From NCBI GenBank assembly GCA_963817895.1, contig CAWFQB010000014.1, forward strand, positions 512,001 through 576,000: DNA of 64,000 nt, read 5' to 3'. This DNA comes from an uncultured Chthonomonadaceae bacterium (GTDB lineage Bacteria; Armatimonadota; Chthonomonadetes; Chthonomonadales; Chthonomonadaceae). Under the pieces are notes generated by a model. It did no database searches, was not told the DNA's origin, and saw only the letters and a list, made by a program, of their open reading frames with translations. The translations under genes and the position numbers were made by a program. Below, one piece after another: positions 20,700-31,129 of this stretch (positions are counted from its first letter, which is position 1; each line of letters begins with the position of its first letter).

Positions 20700-21992
20700 T
20701 CACACTGCGCAGCGCAGGCCGAGGAAGCCCTGACGATACGTGGGAATGTACCAGTTGCGGAAACTTGCGCGCAGAACGACTTCCGCGCTGGCCCACGAAC
20801 CGCCCCGGCACACGTAATGGCTGCCGTCCATGTGGTCTTTGGAATAACCGTCGTAGGGGAACGCGGTAAAACCCGGATACGGCAGAAACGGCGTGCTCGT
20901 CCACTCCCACGCCCCGCCCGCCATACAGCACAAGCCGAAAGCATTGGCAGTACGATCTTCATCTACTGCGGCAGGAAAGCCCACTTTATTGCCGTAGTCG
21001 GCGCGGAAGTTCGCGCGTATTGTAGACCAGGGATAGCGGCGCATCTGTCCTGTAGTCGGTTCGTAACCGGCGGCGTACTCCCATTCGGCCTCGGTTGGCA
21101 ATCGTTTCCCTGTCCAGCGAGCGTAGGCGTTCGCTTCGTGCCAGCTGATACCTGTCACCGGTTCGCGGGGATGAATTCCGCGCGTTCCCCCCGCATAGAA
21201 GTAACCGTATCCTTTGCCGACAGGAAACCAGTATTCGGGATGCTTGATGCGGTACGCTTGTCGCCAGTTCCAGCCATCCGCCGTCCATAGCTCCTGCCGC
21301 TTGTAGCCGCCTTCGGCAATAAACCGCGCCCAATGCCCTGCCGTTACGGGCAATTTATCCATTTGAAAATCGGCAACCGTTACTTCGTGAACGGATTTCT
21401 CGTTATCGTAATCGTGCCGGTTGTCCGATCCCATCCAGAAGGTTCCGCCGGGAATAGCAATCGTTTCTATTGGTGGTGGCGTATCCCATACCAGTATTGC
21501 CGTTGCCGGGAGAAGTTCGGCGGGCGTGAACTGCTGCGAAAGCAACTGCCGCAATTCGGCTATAGTCTCCTGATGCTGACACTCGTGCTGCAATGCGAAC
21601 TCCCAAGCGTAGCCGTCCGCAAGCAGGGGTGAATTCGTTTCCAGATCAACCGCTTTGAGCGCCTTCACCACTGTTTTACGCGTAGCGAGTAAATAGTCTG
21701 TAATCTCTTTCCGCGAAGGCAGGTAAATGCGATTGTCTTTGGGGTTTTCGGGAATGTTGGCGAACAGGAAACTGTACTCTGGGTTACGCGGAGGTTGTTT
21801 CAGAGCCTTTGAGCAGACCCAGTATTCTTCAGTCATGCCGATGTGTCCGAAATGCCAGCCGATGGGACTGTAAAAGTCGTGTACCCGGACATTGAGATAA
21901 TCGTCGGGAACGGCTGCCAGCAAGTCCAGCGTCGTTTGCCGCGCGATTGTCAGTTTTTCGATGATCTCTCGCTTGCGCGTGGCCTGGCTCAC
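20700..21992 (-). CDS. egtB: Non-heme iron sulfoxide synthase (DinB + FGE-sulfatase domains), EgtB-type
   Basis: SPIGWHFGH, HECQHQE iron motif, RLPTEAEWE, RGGSW; coupled to egtD. Confidence 0.8.
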   Translation of the reverse strand: MSQATRKREIIEKLTIARQTTLDLLAAVPDDYLNVRVHDFYSPIGWHFGHIGMTEEYWVCSKALKQPPRNPEYSFLFANIPENPKDNRIYLPSRKEITDYLLATRKTVVKALKAVDLETNSPLLADGYAWEFALQHECQHQETIAELRQLLSQQFTPAELLPATAILVWDTPPPIETIAIPGGTFWMGSDNRHDYDNEKSVHEVTVADFQMDKLPVTAGHWARFIAEGGYKRQELWTADGWNWRQAYRIKHPEYWFPVGKGYGYFYAGGTRGIHPREPVTGISWHEANAYARWTGKRLPTEAEWEYAAGYEPTTGQMRRYPWSTIRANFRADYGNKVGFPAAVDEDRTANAFGLCCMAGGAWEWTSTPFLPYPGFTAFPYDGYSKDHMDGSHYVCRGGSWASAEVVLRASFRNWYIPTYRQGFLGLRCAV

Positions 21993-23005
21993 GGCTTACA
22001 CTCTCCGTAACACGCGCTCGGACGCAACAGTAATTCCGCGAACCAGTGCCGTTCATCCTTCCAGCAGGACTGGATGCGCAGGCCAGCAGGCTGGCACAAA
22101 CGGGCCGCGCTGTCGAGGGTGTACTTGTGGCTGTTCTCCGTGTGTACGATTTCACCGGCGGCAAAGCGGTACGTGGTTTCTACCGCGTCAATCGTCACTT
22201 CCTGATTTCGCGTACTGACAAGGCGCATTTCGATACGGGACTGGTCGGCGACAAACGGGGCGTGGTGCTGAAAATCGTCCGGGCAGAAGTTCGCTCCCAA
22301 TTCAAGATTGATACGGCGCAGCAGGTTCTTGTTGAACTGCGCCGTGACGCCTGATGAGTCGTTGTACGCGGATTCCAGAACCGCGCGGTCTTTCACCAGA
22401 TCAATGCCCAACAGCAGCCTGTCTTCGCGGCGCATCACAGCCCGTAATCGCGCCAGAAATTGTGTGGCCTCTTCTCCGGTAAAATTGCCGATGTTGCTGC
22501 CCAGAAACAGAAACAGACGGGGGCCTTCGGTTTCGGGCAGAACGCGCAAAGCGTCGCCGTATTCCGTCGCCAGTCCGGTAATGGCAAGCGCAGGGTAAGC
22601 ATCAAGCAGGTCAAGGCACGAAGCGCGTAAAAAGTCGCCGGATATGTCAATGGCGGTATAATGCAGTGTGGGCTGCCGCTTCAGAGCGGCTTCCAGCAAT
22701 AATCGGGTTTTGTCCGAACTGCCGCTGCCGAATTCCACAATACTCAGCGGTAATTCAGGCTGCGACAAGCGGGCAGCGGAAACGATGCTGTATGCGTGTT
22801 GGCGCAAAATCGCGCGTTCCGTCCGGGTGGGGTAATATTCCGGCAGACCGCAGATTTGCTCAAACAGCCGCGACCCAACCGCATCATAAAAGAACCGGCA
22901 GGGCAGTTGTTTTTGCGACTGCGACAATCCCTCCGCCACCGCCGCGCAAAACTGCATTGCCGGACGGCTCGGCGGCACGGTAATAAAATCAAAACGAGAA
23001 TTCAT
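21989..23005 (-). CDS. egtD: L-histidine N-alpha-methyltransferase
   Basis: FYDAVGSRLFEQI, EYYPTRTE, EFGSGS, FLGSNIGN, AYND, HTENSHKY. Confidence 0.93.
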   Translation of the reverse strand: MNSRFDFITVPPSRPAMQFCAAVAEGLSQSQKQLPCRFFYDAVGSRLFEQICGLPEYYPTRTERAILRQHAYSIVSAARLSQPELPLSIVEFGSGSSDKTRLLLEAALKRQPTLHYTAIDISGDFLRASCLDLLDAYPALAITGLATEYGDALRVLPETEGPRLFLFLGSNIGNFTGEEATQFLARLRAVMRREDRLLLGIDLVKDRAVLESAYNDSSGVTAQFNKNLLRRINLELGANFCPDDFQHHAPFVADQSRIEMRLVSTRNQEVTIDAVETTYRFAAGEIVHTENSHKYTLDSAARLCQPAGLRIQSCWKDERHWFAELLLRPSACYGECKP

Positions 23006-23203
23006 GCAAACCATCGCTTTCCAGACCGCGTTCCACTTTTCGCCGCGCCAAACGACACCGGTAAAAAGACTTACATCAGCCCGAAGTAATTTGTTACTCA
23101 TACGTTTTCACGCCGCGCAACGCGATTTAGTTCCTGCCGCGCTCATACTAATATCTACAATTCAACGGAACTTAACCACTCATTCAGAAGCCGAAAGATA
23201 AAA

Positions 23204-24427
23204 ATGCAAGCCCAACGCCGAATACCGAACACCGAATACCGAACACCCATTCTGCTGGATGTTGAACGCGCCCGAAACGACACTCCGGCGTGTCAGAATA
23301 TCATTCACTTCAACAACGCGGGCATGTCGCTGACACCTGCGCCCGTGCAGGACGCCGTTTTTCAGCATTTGCGCCGGGAAGCGGAACGGGGCGGGTATGA
23401 GGCGGAGTTGGAAGCGCAGCCCGCTATCGAGCATACGTATGACGCCCTTGCCACACTGCTGAACTGCGGGCGGGAAGAGATCGCCATCACGGAAAACGCG
23501 ACGCGGGCATGGGATATGCTGTTTTATTCCCTTCCACTGCATCCCGGCGACCGGATTTTAACGGCGCAATGCGAGTACGGCAGCAACTACATCGCCATGC
23601 TGCAACGCGCCAAACAAACCGGCGCAAGCGTGGAAGCGGTTCCCAATGATGAAACGGGGCAATTATCGGTACAGCATTTGCGGCAAATGTTGGACGAGCG
23701 GGTGAAATTGATAGCCATGACGCACGTTCCGACGAATGGCGGACTGGTCAACCCGGCTGAAGAGGTGGGGCAGGTGGCGAAACAGGCGGGCGTGTTGTAT
23801 CTGCTGGACGCCTGCCAGTCCGTCGGGCAGATGCCGATAGATGTGCAGGCGATTGGCTGCGACATGCTCACGGCAACCGGGCGCAAATTCCTGCGCGGGC
23901 CGCGCGGAACCGGTTTTCTATATGTCAATCAGGCTGTTTTACCTCGGCTGGAACCGCCGTTTCTGGACATGCAGGCGGCGGAATGGATAACGCCAACCTC
24001 CTACCGAATACGCGAGGATGCCCGCCGCTTTGAAACGTGGGAAACCAACATCGCCGCGAAAATCGGTTTGGGCGCGGCGGTGCATTACGCCCTACAATGG
24101 GGATTGGAAGCGATTGAACAGCGCGTCACCAAACTTGCTTCTCTGTTGCGGCGGCAGTTGTCGGAACTCAGCGGCGTGACGGTACGCGATCAGGGGCAGC
24201 GACAATGCGGCATCGTCACATTCACCGTTGACGGCGCTACGTCCCTGCGCGTGAAAGAACATTTGACCGCGCGCAACATCAACGTCTGGACATCGCCCCA
24301 ACGCAGCACTCTGCTTGATATGGAAGCGCGCGGGCTGACGGATGTAGTCCGCGCTTCCATCCACTACTACAACACCGAAGCAGAAATTACGCGGTTCATC
24401 CAACATCTCGAAACTATTTCCAAATAA
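23204..24427 (+). CDS. Class V PLP-dependent enzyme, probable EgtE-like C-S lyase
   Basis: HFNNAG, DACQSVG, TGRKFLRGPRG, RASIHYYN; divergent from egtD. Confidence 0.7.
   Translation: MQAQRRIPNTEYRTPILLDVERARNDTPACQNIIHFNNAGMSLTPAPVQDAVFQHLRREAERGGYEAELEAQPAIEHTYDALATLLNCGREEIAITENATRAWDMLFYSLPLHPGDRILTAQCEYGSNYIAMLQRAKQTGASVEAVPNDETGQLSVQHLRQMLDERVKLIAMTHVPTNGGLVNPAEEVGQVAKQAGVLYLLDACQSVGQMPIDVQAIGCDMLTATGRKFLRGPRGTGFLYVNQAVLPRLEPPFLDMQAAEWITPTSYRIREDARRFETWETNIAAKIGLGAAVHYALQWGLEAIEQRVTKLASLLRRQLSELSGVTVRDQGQRQCGIVTFTVDGATSLRVKEHLTARNINVWTSPQRSTLLDMEARGLTDVVRASIHYYNTEAEITRFIQHLETISK
23218..23247 (+). repeat. Heptamer array (CCGAAYA)4 in the 5' end of a CDS
   Basis: ccgaata ccgaaca ccgaata ccgaaca; same family at 38701-38732. 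Confidence 0.8.
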
Positions 24428-24441
24428 ATGCTCACTCCCCC

Positions 24442-24503
24442 TTGACAAATCCACTGCCACACCCCATAATACATCCGCAACCGATATATCCACTACGGAT
24501 ATA
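24442..24503 (+). promoter_or_regulatory. Sigma70 promoter followed by a palindromic operator upstream of the PadR gene
   Basis: TTGACA-17bp-CATAAT (24442-24470); TATATCC-N5-GGATATA (24485-24503). Confidence 0.65.
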
Positions 24504-24538
24504 ATGTCTGATAAGTAGCCAGCAGATTGTGAGACAAT

Positions 24539-24922
24539 ATGACAACTCAACCTGAACCTGAAACGCTATTGCCACTGACGCCTGCCGTATTGCACATCCT
24601 GCTGGCTCTGGCGGATGATGAGCGTCATGGTTACGGCATCATGCAGGCAGTCAACGAACAAACGGATGGAACGTTGCGCATGGGGCCGGGGACACTGTAT
24701 GGCTCCCTGAAGCGGATGCTGGCAAGCGGTCTGGTGGAAGAAGCCCCCGAACGTTCCGATGGGGAACAATCGGATGCGCGCCGCCGCTATTATCGCCTGA
24801 CGAACTTTGGCAGCCGAGTTCTCAAGGCCGAAATGCGGCGCTTGGCGCATCTTGTCCACCTTCCCGCCGCGCAGCGCCTGCTCAATCAGGCGGAAGCAAA
24901 CCTGCTGAAAGAGAGTTGGTGA
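24539..24922 (+). CDS. PadR-family transcriptional regulator
   Basis: ILLAL...HGYGIM...GPGTLYGSLKRM...RRRYYRLT. Confidence 0.92.
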   Translation: MTTQPEPETLLPLTPAVLHILLALADDERHGYGIMQAVNEQTDGTLRMGPGTLYGSLKRMLASGLVEEAPERSDGEQSDARRRYYRLTNFGSRVLKAEMRRLAHLVHLPAAQRLLNQAEANLLKESW

Positions 24923-24923
24923 A

Positions 24924-25490
24924 ATGAAGGCTCGCCTGCTGCAATTTTCCTGCGGTTTGTACAATCGCCTGCTATGCGCCTATCCTTCCGATTTCCGGCA
25001 GGAGTACGGAGATGAAATGCGGCAGGTGTTTCGGGACACTTGCGGGGATGCGCTGGCAGCAAAAAGGGCGTTGGGACTGCCGCAATTCTGGCTGCATATT
25101 CTGACTGACCTTATTGTTTCAGCCTGTAAGGAGCGTTTCACGGACATGGACAAAAAAGTCGTTTCAATGTATTTCCTGGCATTTGTACTGGGCTTGTTCG
25201 TCGGCTACCTTGACTTCCATAGCAAGGAGGTGCAGGGGCCGGTGCTGATTATCCTCGTCTTCACGTTCGTGTTCGGCTTTGCCTTGCCCTGTCGCGCCTG
25301 GCGTTGGGCCTTACTCATCGGGGCAGGCGTGCCGCTTTGCCACATTGTCAACGCGCTGCTCCAACTCCCGCCGCCCTATCCGGTGGAACCCAACGTATTC
25401 GCAACTTGCCTGGCTTTCATCCCGGCATTTATCGGAGCCTACATGGGAGTTGCTCTGCGCTGTCTCTTTCTTTCGCCTGCCTCGGCCTGA
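24924..25490 (+). CDS. PadR-associated membrane protein
   Basis: YPSDFRQEYGDEM motif followed by about 4 TM helices. Confidence 0.7.
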   Translation: MKARLLQFSCGLYNRLLCAYPSDFRQEYGDEMRQVFRDTCGDALAAKRALGLPQFWLHILTDLIVSACKERFTDMDKKVVSMYFLAFVLGLFVGYLDFHSKEVQGPVLIILVFTFVFGFALPCRAWRWALLIGAGVPLCHIVNALLQLPPPYPVEPNVFATCLAFIPAFIGAYMGVALRCLFLSPASA

Positions 25491-25516
25491 GCGGTAGTAT
25501 GAAAGTTCTTCCCTCT

Positions 25517-26245
25517 CTACTCCAACTGAAAGGAGAGGACGCCTTTTTCCTCGGTCAGCAGCGTGTTGAAAGTGTTGCGGTTGAAACCGCGCGGGAGTTT
25601 GATTCGCATCCGCATCAGGCGCGTGGCTCCCGAGACGCTTTTGTCCAGCGAACTTTGCCCTGCCTGCGATTGTACGCCATAAACAATAATGCCGTGCGCG
25701 CAGAGAACATCCAGTACACGGGCAGGGCCTCGGTCGTCCTCCTGTACCTCCACTTCCAGCAGGGAAATCGCCTGCCGCAGCTTGAACCAGGCTTCCATCT
25801 GCGTCAGAACCGTCAGCGTACTCAAGACGATCAGGGTTGCCACTACAGCCAGTTCGCCCAGACGCGGACTGGCTCCCAGCGCAATGCCGATAGCGGCTGT
25901 CACCCAGATACTCGCCGCCGAAGTCAGTCCCCGGATAGTGGCTCCCTCCCGAACAATGGCTCCGGCTCCCAGAAAGCCGATGCCGGAAACGATCTGCGCG
26001 GCGATATGGCCCGGATCGCCGCGCATCCCGCCCCGCACCCCCATACCGATTTCTACAGACGCCATTGTGATGACAGTGGCTCCCACGCTCACCAGAATAT
26101 GCGTCCTCATTCCTGCCGGGTTGCCATGCCATTCCCGCTCCGCGCCAATCAGCCCCCCGAATAAAACTGCCAGCAGCAGCGCCAATCCTTTGCCCCCGAT
26201 AGATACCGGGTCAATATGCAGCCCGAAGAACCAATCTGCTCCCAT
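25517..26245 (-). CDS. MgtC/SapB-family membrane protein
   Basis: GAERE, AGMRTH, IAAQIVSGIGFLGAGAI, GLTSAASIW. Confidence 0.92.
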   Translation of the reverse strand: MGADWFFGLHIDPVSIGGKGLALLLAVLFGGLIGAEREWHGNPAGMRTHILVSVGATVITMASVEIGMGVRGGMRGDPGHIAAQIVSGIGFLGAGAIVREGATIRGLTSAASIWVTAAIGIALGASPRLGELAVVATLIVLSTLTVLTQMEAWFKLRQAISLLEVEVQEDDRGPARVLDVLCAHGIIVYGVQSQAGQSSLDKSVSGATRLMRMRIKLPRGFNRNTFNTLLTEEKGVLSFQLE

Positions 26246-26297
26246 CCGGTTCGCTCCTCAATATCCGAAACATTGTCAACTCAGCGTGTTCATCCCA

Positions 26298-26327
26298 TTG
26301 ACATTTTACGCCTGCCCGGTTTATACT
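26298..26327 (+). promoter_or_regulatory. Sigma70 promoter
   Basis: TTGACA-18bp-TATACT upstream of the DUF2252 gene. Confidence 0.55.
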
Positions 26328-26427
26328 ACCCGCATCTTCATCTTTTCTTCTTAATCTTTCCTTAACATTGTGCCGCATTGTTAAGACAGGCTGCTTCCTA
26401 AAACGCGCTTTACGAAGGGAAACGCAC

Positions 26428-27503
26428 ATGAACGTTCACGATGCCACCACGCAGTACGAACAATGGCTTGCCGGCTACACGCCGCTGATACAGGCCGACC
26501 TTGATACAAAGCATCAGCAGATGAGCGCGGACGTGTTCTCGTTTCTGCGCGCCACCTACTACCGATGGGCGCAGGCATGGCCGGATACCTGCAAAGAAAT
26601 AGCGAACGCGCCCTCCGTTCTGGCGGTGGGCGACCTGCATCTCGCCAACTTCGGAACGTGGCGCGACCGGGAAGGGCGATTGTGTTGGGGCATCAACGAC
26701 TTTGATGTCTCTTCCCCCTGCCCTACGCGCATGACCCTGTTCGGCTGGCGGTCAGCGCGCTGCTGGAAATTCAGTCCGGGCATTTGAAACTGAAGCCGGA
26801 AGACGCCTGCGCCGCCATTCTCAGCGGCTATACAGACGGCCTCCAGACAGGCGGCAAGGCGTATGTGCTGGCCGAACAGCATGGCTGGCTGCGCGACCTT
26901 GCCGTAAGCAGCCTGAAAAAGCCGGAAGCCTTCTGGCAAAAGATGGACGCCCTTCCCAACATTACGGAATCCCTGCCGCAAAGCGCGAAATCGGCTCTGG
27001 AACAGGCGCTTCCCGCGCTCGACATACCCCACAAGGTAACGCATCGTACTGCGGGGTTGGGCAGTCTTGGGCTTCCGCGCTATGTCGCCATTGCGGAATT
27101 TGAGGACGGCAGGGTCGCGCGGGAAGCGAAAGCGATGGTTCCCTCTCCGTTTGTGTGGGCGAGCAACTCGCAAGTTCCGGTCGAATACTATTACGCCGCG
27201 ATTGTTTCACAGGCCGTTCGCGCCCATGATCCGTTTACGCAAATTCAGGGGAATTGGATACTGCGCCGCCTTGCCCCCGACTGCATCCGCGTGGAAATCA
27301 CAAGTTTACCGGATGCGAATACCGAAACTAACCTACTGAACGCGATGGGCAAGGAGACGGCAAACGTTCATTTGGGAAGCAAACAGGCTGTAGCCGCCAT
27401 TCAGCAGGATTTAGCAAGCCGGGGGCAGGATTGGCTGCTGCAAGCCGCATCTGCGATGACTGAAGTTGTTCAGCAGGACTGGCAGGATTGGAAAGCGGGA
27501 TAA
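26428..27503 (+). CDS. DUF2252 kinase-like protein (frameshift near 26715)
   Basis: FLRAT, GDLHLANFG, GINDFD, AGLGSLG. Confidence 0.8.
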
Positions 27504-27552
27504 GCCGAACCACAGCGCCCTCCACCGGCAAATAAATTGGCGACTGGAACTA

Positions 27553-28354
27553 TCACAAAGCGACCGGTTTATAGCGCAGCCATAATGCCAGATAGGGAGG
27601 CGCATACGCGACAAAATGATCCCACGAACCCGGTTCGGCGTTGCGTATCCGGGTAGAGGTGCTTGCTGTCGGAAACATGCAGCAACGTGAAGCCCAATCC
27701 AAGCAGGTTATTCAGCATATTCGCAAGCGTATGCCGGTACAAACGAGACTCGCGCACGTCCGGCAGGGGTTTGCAACTGCGGGCGTACACCCATTCCGGG
27801 TCGGGACTGACATACATCGCTTCATCCACATAGGGCGTTTTCAGCGCGTACCCCTCCCCGTTCCAATCCGCCGCGCTCATGCCGCACAAAAACGGGTTGT
27901 CGCCGGCAAGATAATAAATCCCGCCCGGACGCAAAACGCGCGCCACCTGCGCGAAGACGATACGAACATCCGGCACATAGCCAATGGAAAACGGCTGATA
28001 CACAATGTCGAAAGAAGCCGGAGTCAAAACCGACAGATCGCGCATGTCGCCCTGAACGGTGTTAATCTCCACCTGATAATGCGCCGCCGCCTGTTTGTCG
28101 CGTTCCAACTGCGCTTCGGACAGGTCGTAAACCGTAACCTCGGCCCCAAGCAGGGCAAAGGCTGCCGACTGCTGCCCGCCGCCCCCGGCAAGACACAACA
28201 CGTTTCTGCCTGCCACCTCTCCCAACTGCCCTTCCGCATCCAAAAACTCACGCGCTGTATCAGGGGTAAAATTTAAATTGGGACGGGTAAAGAGAGCATC
28301 GGCATCCGCAAGCGACTGCCACCGCTGAATGTTGTACCGCGCTATCTCATCCAC
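27553..28354 (-). CDS. Class I SAM-dependent methyltransferase (frameshift near 27640)
   Basis: VLCLAGGGG, QGDMRDL, RVLRPGG; alternative-frame end PGSWDHFVAYAPPYLALWLRYKPVAL*. Confidence 0.85.
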
Positions 28355-28431
28355 AGGGATTCTTTCCTTATCAAAGTTTTTCTTACTGCATTTCTTGGTG
28401 TTCTTGGCGTCTTGATGGTGAAATTTTCCCT

Positions 28432-29217
28432 TTATGCCGACGCGCCCGTATAGTGCTTCAGTCCGAAGCGCCAGAACGCGGAGGAGGCCAGCAATGCCAA
28501 CATTGCTACCACACAGGCGCCGGCAACAGCCGTCATGCCGATTTTGCCGGCAAGCGCCTGAGCGGGTACGGTGATGATGAACGCGACCGGCACGATATAC
28601 GTAAACGCCGTTCGCAGCCAGTTCGGATAAATTTCTATCGGGTAGCGGCCCGCTTCAAACGCCTGCCACATGATCTGTTCGATGTTGTCCACGCGAATAA
28701 ACCAGAAGGTTGTCGCAATCAGGCACAGCCAGAAGGAGTACACCACAACCGCCCCTGAAGCCATTGTCACCAGAAACGCCCCGCCCTCCTGCCACCCCAC
28801 CACAAGCGATAATTTTGCGACCGAGTACATCACCAGTCCCGCGCCCACCAGTATATTTGCCGCCTGCCAGATATTGATGGTTCGGAACGAGGCGAGAAAC
28901 TGCGCGTTGACGGGCTTTAACAGCACAAAATCCAGTGTGCCGTCGCGCACCTGCGCCATGATGTTGCGCATGTTCGGCGCGATAAACATCTCAATAAAGC
29001 CGTTCATCAGGTAGTAGACCGCAAGGAGGGCGAGAACCTGCGGCAGCGTCCAGCCTTTGATGTTGCTCGTGTAGTGGTACGCCAGCATCAGACCGCCCAT
29101 CGTGGTAATCAGGCCGAGCAGACTGGCGATAATGCGCGTAAAAAAGTCCGCCCGGTATTCCATATCCGTCTGGATACTGGTTCGGAAGAACACGGCCAGC
29201 AGTTTAAGATAGCGCAT
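28432..29217 (-). CDS. ABC-2 family permease (DUF990 type)
   Basis: EYRADF, VRDGTLDFVLLKPV, RYPIEIYP, GLKHYTGASA. Confidence 0.88.
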   Translation of the reverse strand: MRYLKLLAVFFRTSIQTDMEYRADFFTRIIASLLGLITTMGGLMLAYHYTSNIKGWTLPQVLALLAVYYLMNGFIEMFIAPNMRNIMAQVRDGTLDFVLLKPVNAQFLASFRTINIWQAANILVGAGLVMYSVAKLSLVVGWQEGGAFLVTMASGAVVVYSFWLCLIATTFWFIRVDNIEQIMWQAFEAGRYPIEIYPNWLRTAFTYIVPVAFIITVPAQALAGKIGMTAVAGACVVAMLALLASSAFWRFGLKHYTGASA

Positions 29218-30269
29218 CAAACGCCTCCTGAACCCGGTTCTTCGGGGTTATTGTTGGCAAGGCGGCGCGCCTCTTCCTGATACCGGTTGAATCCCAATTC
29301 TTGAAACATGGCGATTATTCGGGGCAGGTCGAGGGATTGAACGCGGGCGGTATCCAACGCGAACGGCAGGTCGGCGTCCCGTTTCAGCGTGACCATCGCT
29401 TTGGAAATGGGCAGGAACTCGCGGGCTTTTTCCAGATTTTCGCGCTTCTTGCCCTTGATATGTTCCAAATTCGCCAGTACGCCCTCCATGCTGCCGAATT
29501 GCTGTACTAACTGCGCGGCGGTTTTCAATCCGATGCCCTCCACGCCCGGAACGTTGTCAACCGTATCCCCCGTCAGCGCCATCACGTCCACCACCTGCGC
29601 GGGCGTAATCCCCTTATCCGCCTGCAATCCCGCCGCGTCGCGGACAATGTCCGTATGCACGTCGAAGATGCTCACCCGGTCGCACAGCAGTTGTTCCAAG
29701 TCTTTGTCTTTCGACACGATCCGAATATGCACGTCCTGCTTATCGGGGTCATCCAAAATCTGCTGCACAAGGGTAGCGATCACATCATCGGCTTCAATTC
29801 CCGACTGCCCGATAATCGGGATACCAAACGCCTGAATCACCTGAAAGATGCGGTCTATCTGATATGTCAAATCATCGGGTGTGGCGCGGCGCGTCCCCTT
29901 GTACTCCACATACCGCCCGGTTTCCATCGCTCCCGCTTCCCCGGTCCCTTCCTCTTCTCCCCCGCCAAGTGGGTCTACCGGCCCGCCAAAAATTTCTTCT
30001 TGTTTAGGCAACGCAAACCCCGCATTGGCCGGATGCAATTGCAGGTATTGCAGATACAACTCATCCCGAAAGGTTCTTCCCGGCGCGTCAATGGCAACCG
30101 CGACATAATCCGGCTGAAACTTCGTCAGCATCTTCAGCAGCATGCCCGTAAACCCGAATACGGCATTGGTCGGCTCCCCCGTATCCGGGCTGAACATCGC
30201 CGTCCGAATCGCGTAATAGGCGCGAAACACCTGTGCGTACCCATCAATAATGTAAAATGTTTTTGGCAT
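29217..30269 (-). CDS. Stand-alone 5'-3' exonuclease/flap endonuclease (Pol I N-terminal-like)
   Basis: IDG, FRAYYA, EADDVI, SKDKD, GDTVDNVPGVEGIGLKTA; no polymerase domain. Confidence 0.88.
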   Translation of the reverse strand: MPKTFYIIDGYAQVFRAYYAIRTAMFSPDTGEPTNAVFGFTGMLLKMLTKFQPDYVAVAIDAPGRTFRDELYLQYLQLHPANAGFALPKQEEIFGGPVDPLGGGEEEGTGEAGAMETGRYVEYKGTRRATPDDLTYQIDRIFQVIQAFGIPIIGQSGIEADDVIATLVQQILDDPDKQDVHIRIVSKDKDLEQLLCDRVSIFDVHTDIVRDAAGLQADKGITPAQVVDVMALTGDTVDNVPGVEGIGLKTAAQLVQQFGSMEGVLANLEHIKGKKRENLEKAREFLPISKAMVTLKRDADLPFALDTARVQSLDLPRIIAMFQELGFNRYQEEARRLANNNPEEPGSGGV

Positions 30270-30467
30270 AAAATTTTCCGAACACATTGCGACTGAACCG
30301 CTGCGAACTTTGTTGTACGCGATTTGTTTGTACAATGAGGCGTTATTTACATGTAAACAGCGGCCTGCACTCGTCAAATTACCTTATAAAAGGTACAGAC
30401 GTACAACCCGCCGATGTCATATAATGCTTTTATCGGTTGGTCTGCTGTTACAGGAGGAGAGACGACG

Positions 30468-31129
30468 ATGACCAAACCACGCAAGACCACAGGCAGAACG
30501 CGACAGCCGAAAAAGAGTGACGCCTTGCCCGCGCCACAAAACTATGTGTTCTACGACCGCGGCGACACCTCCAAAGACACCCTGACGACAACTTTGTGGC
30601 TGGCTGCCGAGGCTCTGGTTCATCGGCTCTGCCCACCAGATGAAAGCCATTCCCCGGCCACCCACGCGGCTGCGAAGGATGGCATCATTGCCATGCTCGT
30701 AGATGATGTTGACGGCCTGCTTCGTATCATCGCGCAAATTCGCGATTGGAGCGATCATAGCCCCAACCACCGGGAGCTGCTGTCACAGATGGTTGCCGCG
30801 TATGGCGATGGCGAAATCCTGAAGGCGTTGTTCTGCCGCCTGTTCCCGGATCAGCCCGTCATGCGCCATCTGGACGCCGATAGTCGGCCTATTCTGTCGG
30901 ACCGGGAAGTAGAGATACTGCGTGAGGCGGCAGGCGACCGCTCCCACGAGGAGATTGCGGAGACGCTTGGTATCTCTCCTCAAACTGTCAACGCGCATTT
31001 CAAAAATATCTACGCCAAATTGGAGGTAAAGCGTCCCTTGCGAGCGGCAGCCCCGCGGTCGCTCTCGGCTATCTGGACATGAACGCGCTGGACTTCCTCG
31101 AAGCGGTCCGCGCAGGGTTCGTCGCATGA
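30468..31129 (+). CDS. LuxR-type HTH regulator (frameshift near 31051)
   Basis: LSDREVEIL...EEIAETLGISPQTVNAHFKNIYAKL, continuing AVALGYL in another frame. Confidence 0.8.

Noticed and set aside
29217..30269. Truncated polA pseudogene
   Set aside because: Clean stop coupled to the next gene and no polymerase remnant downstream; fits a stand-alone 5'-3' exonuclease
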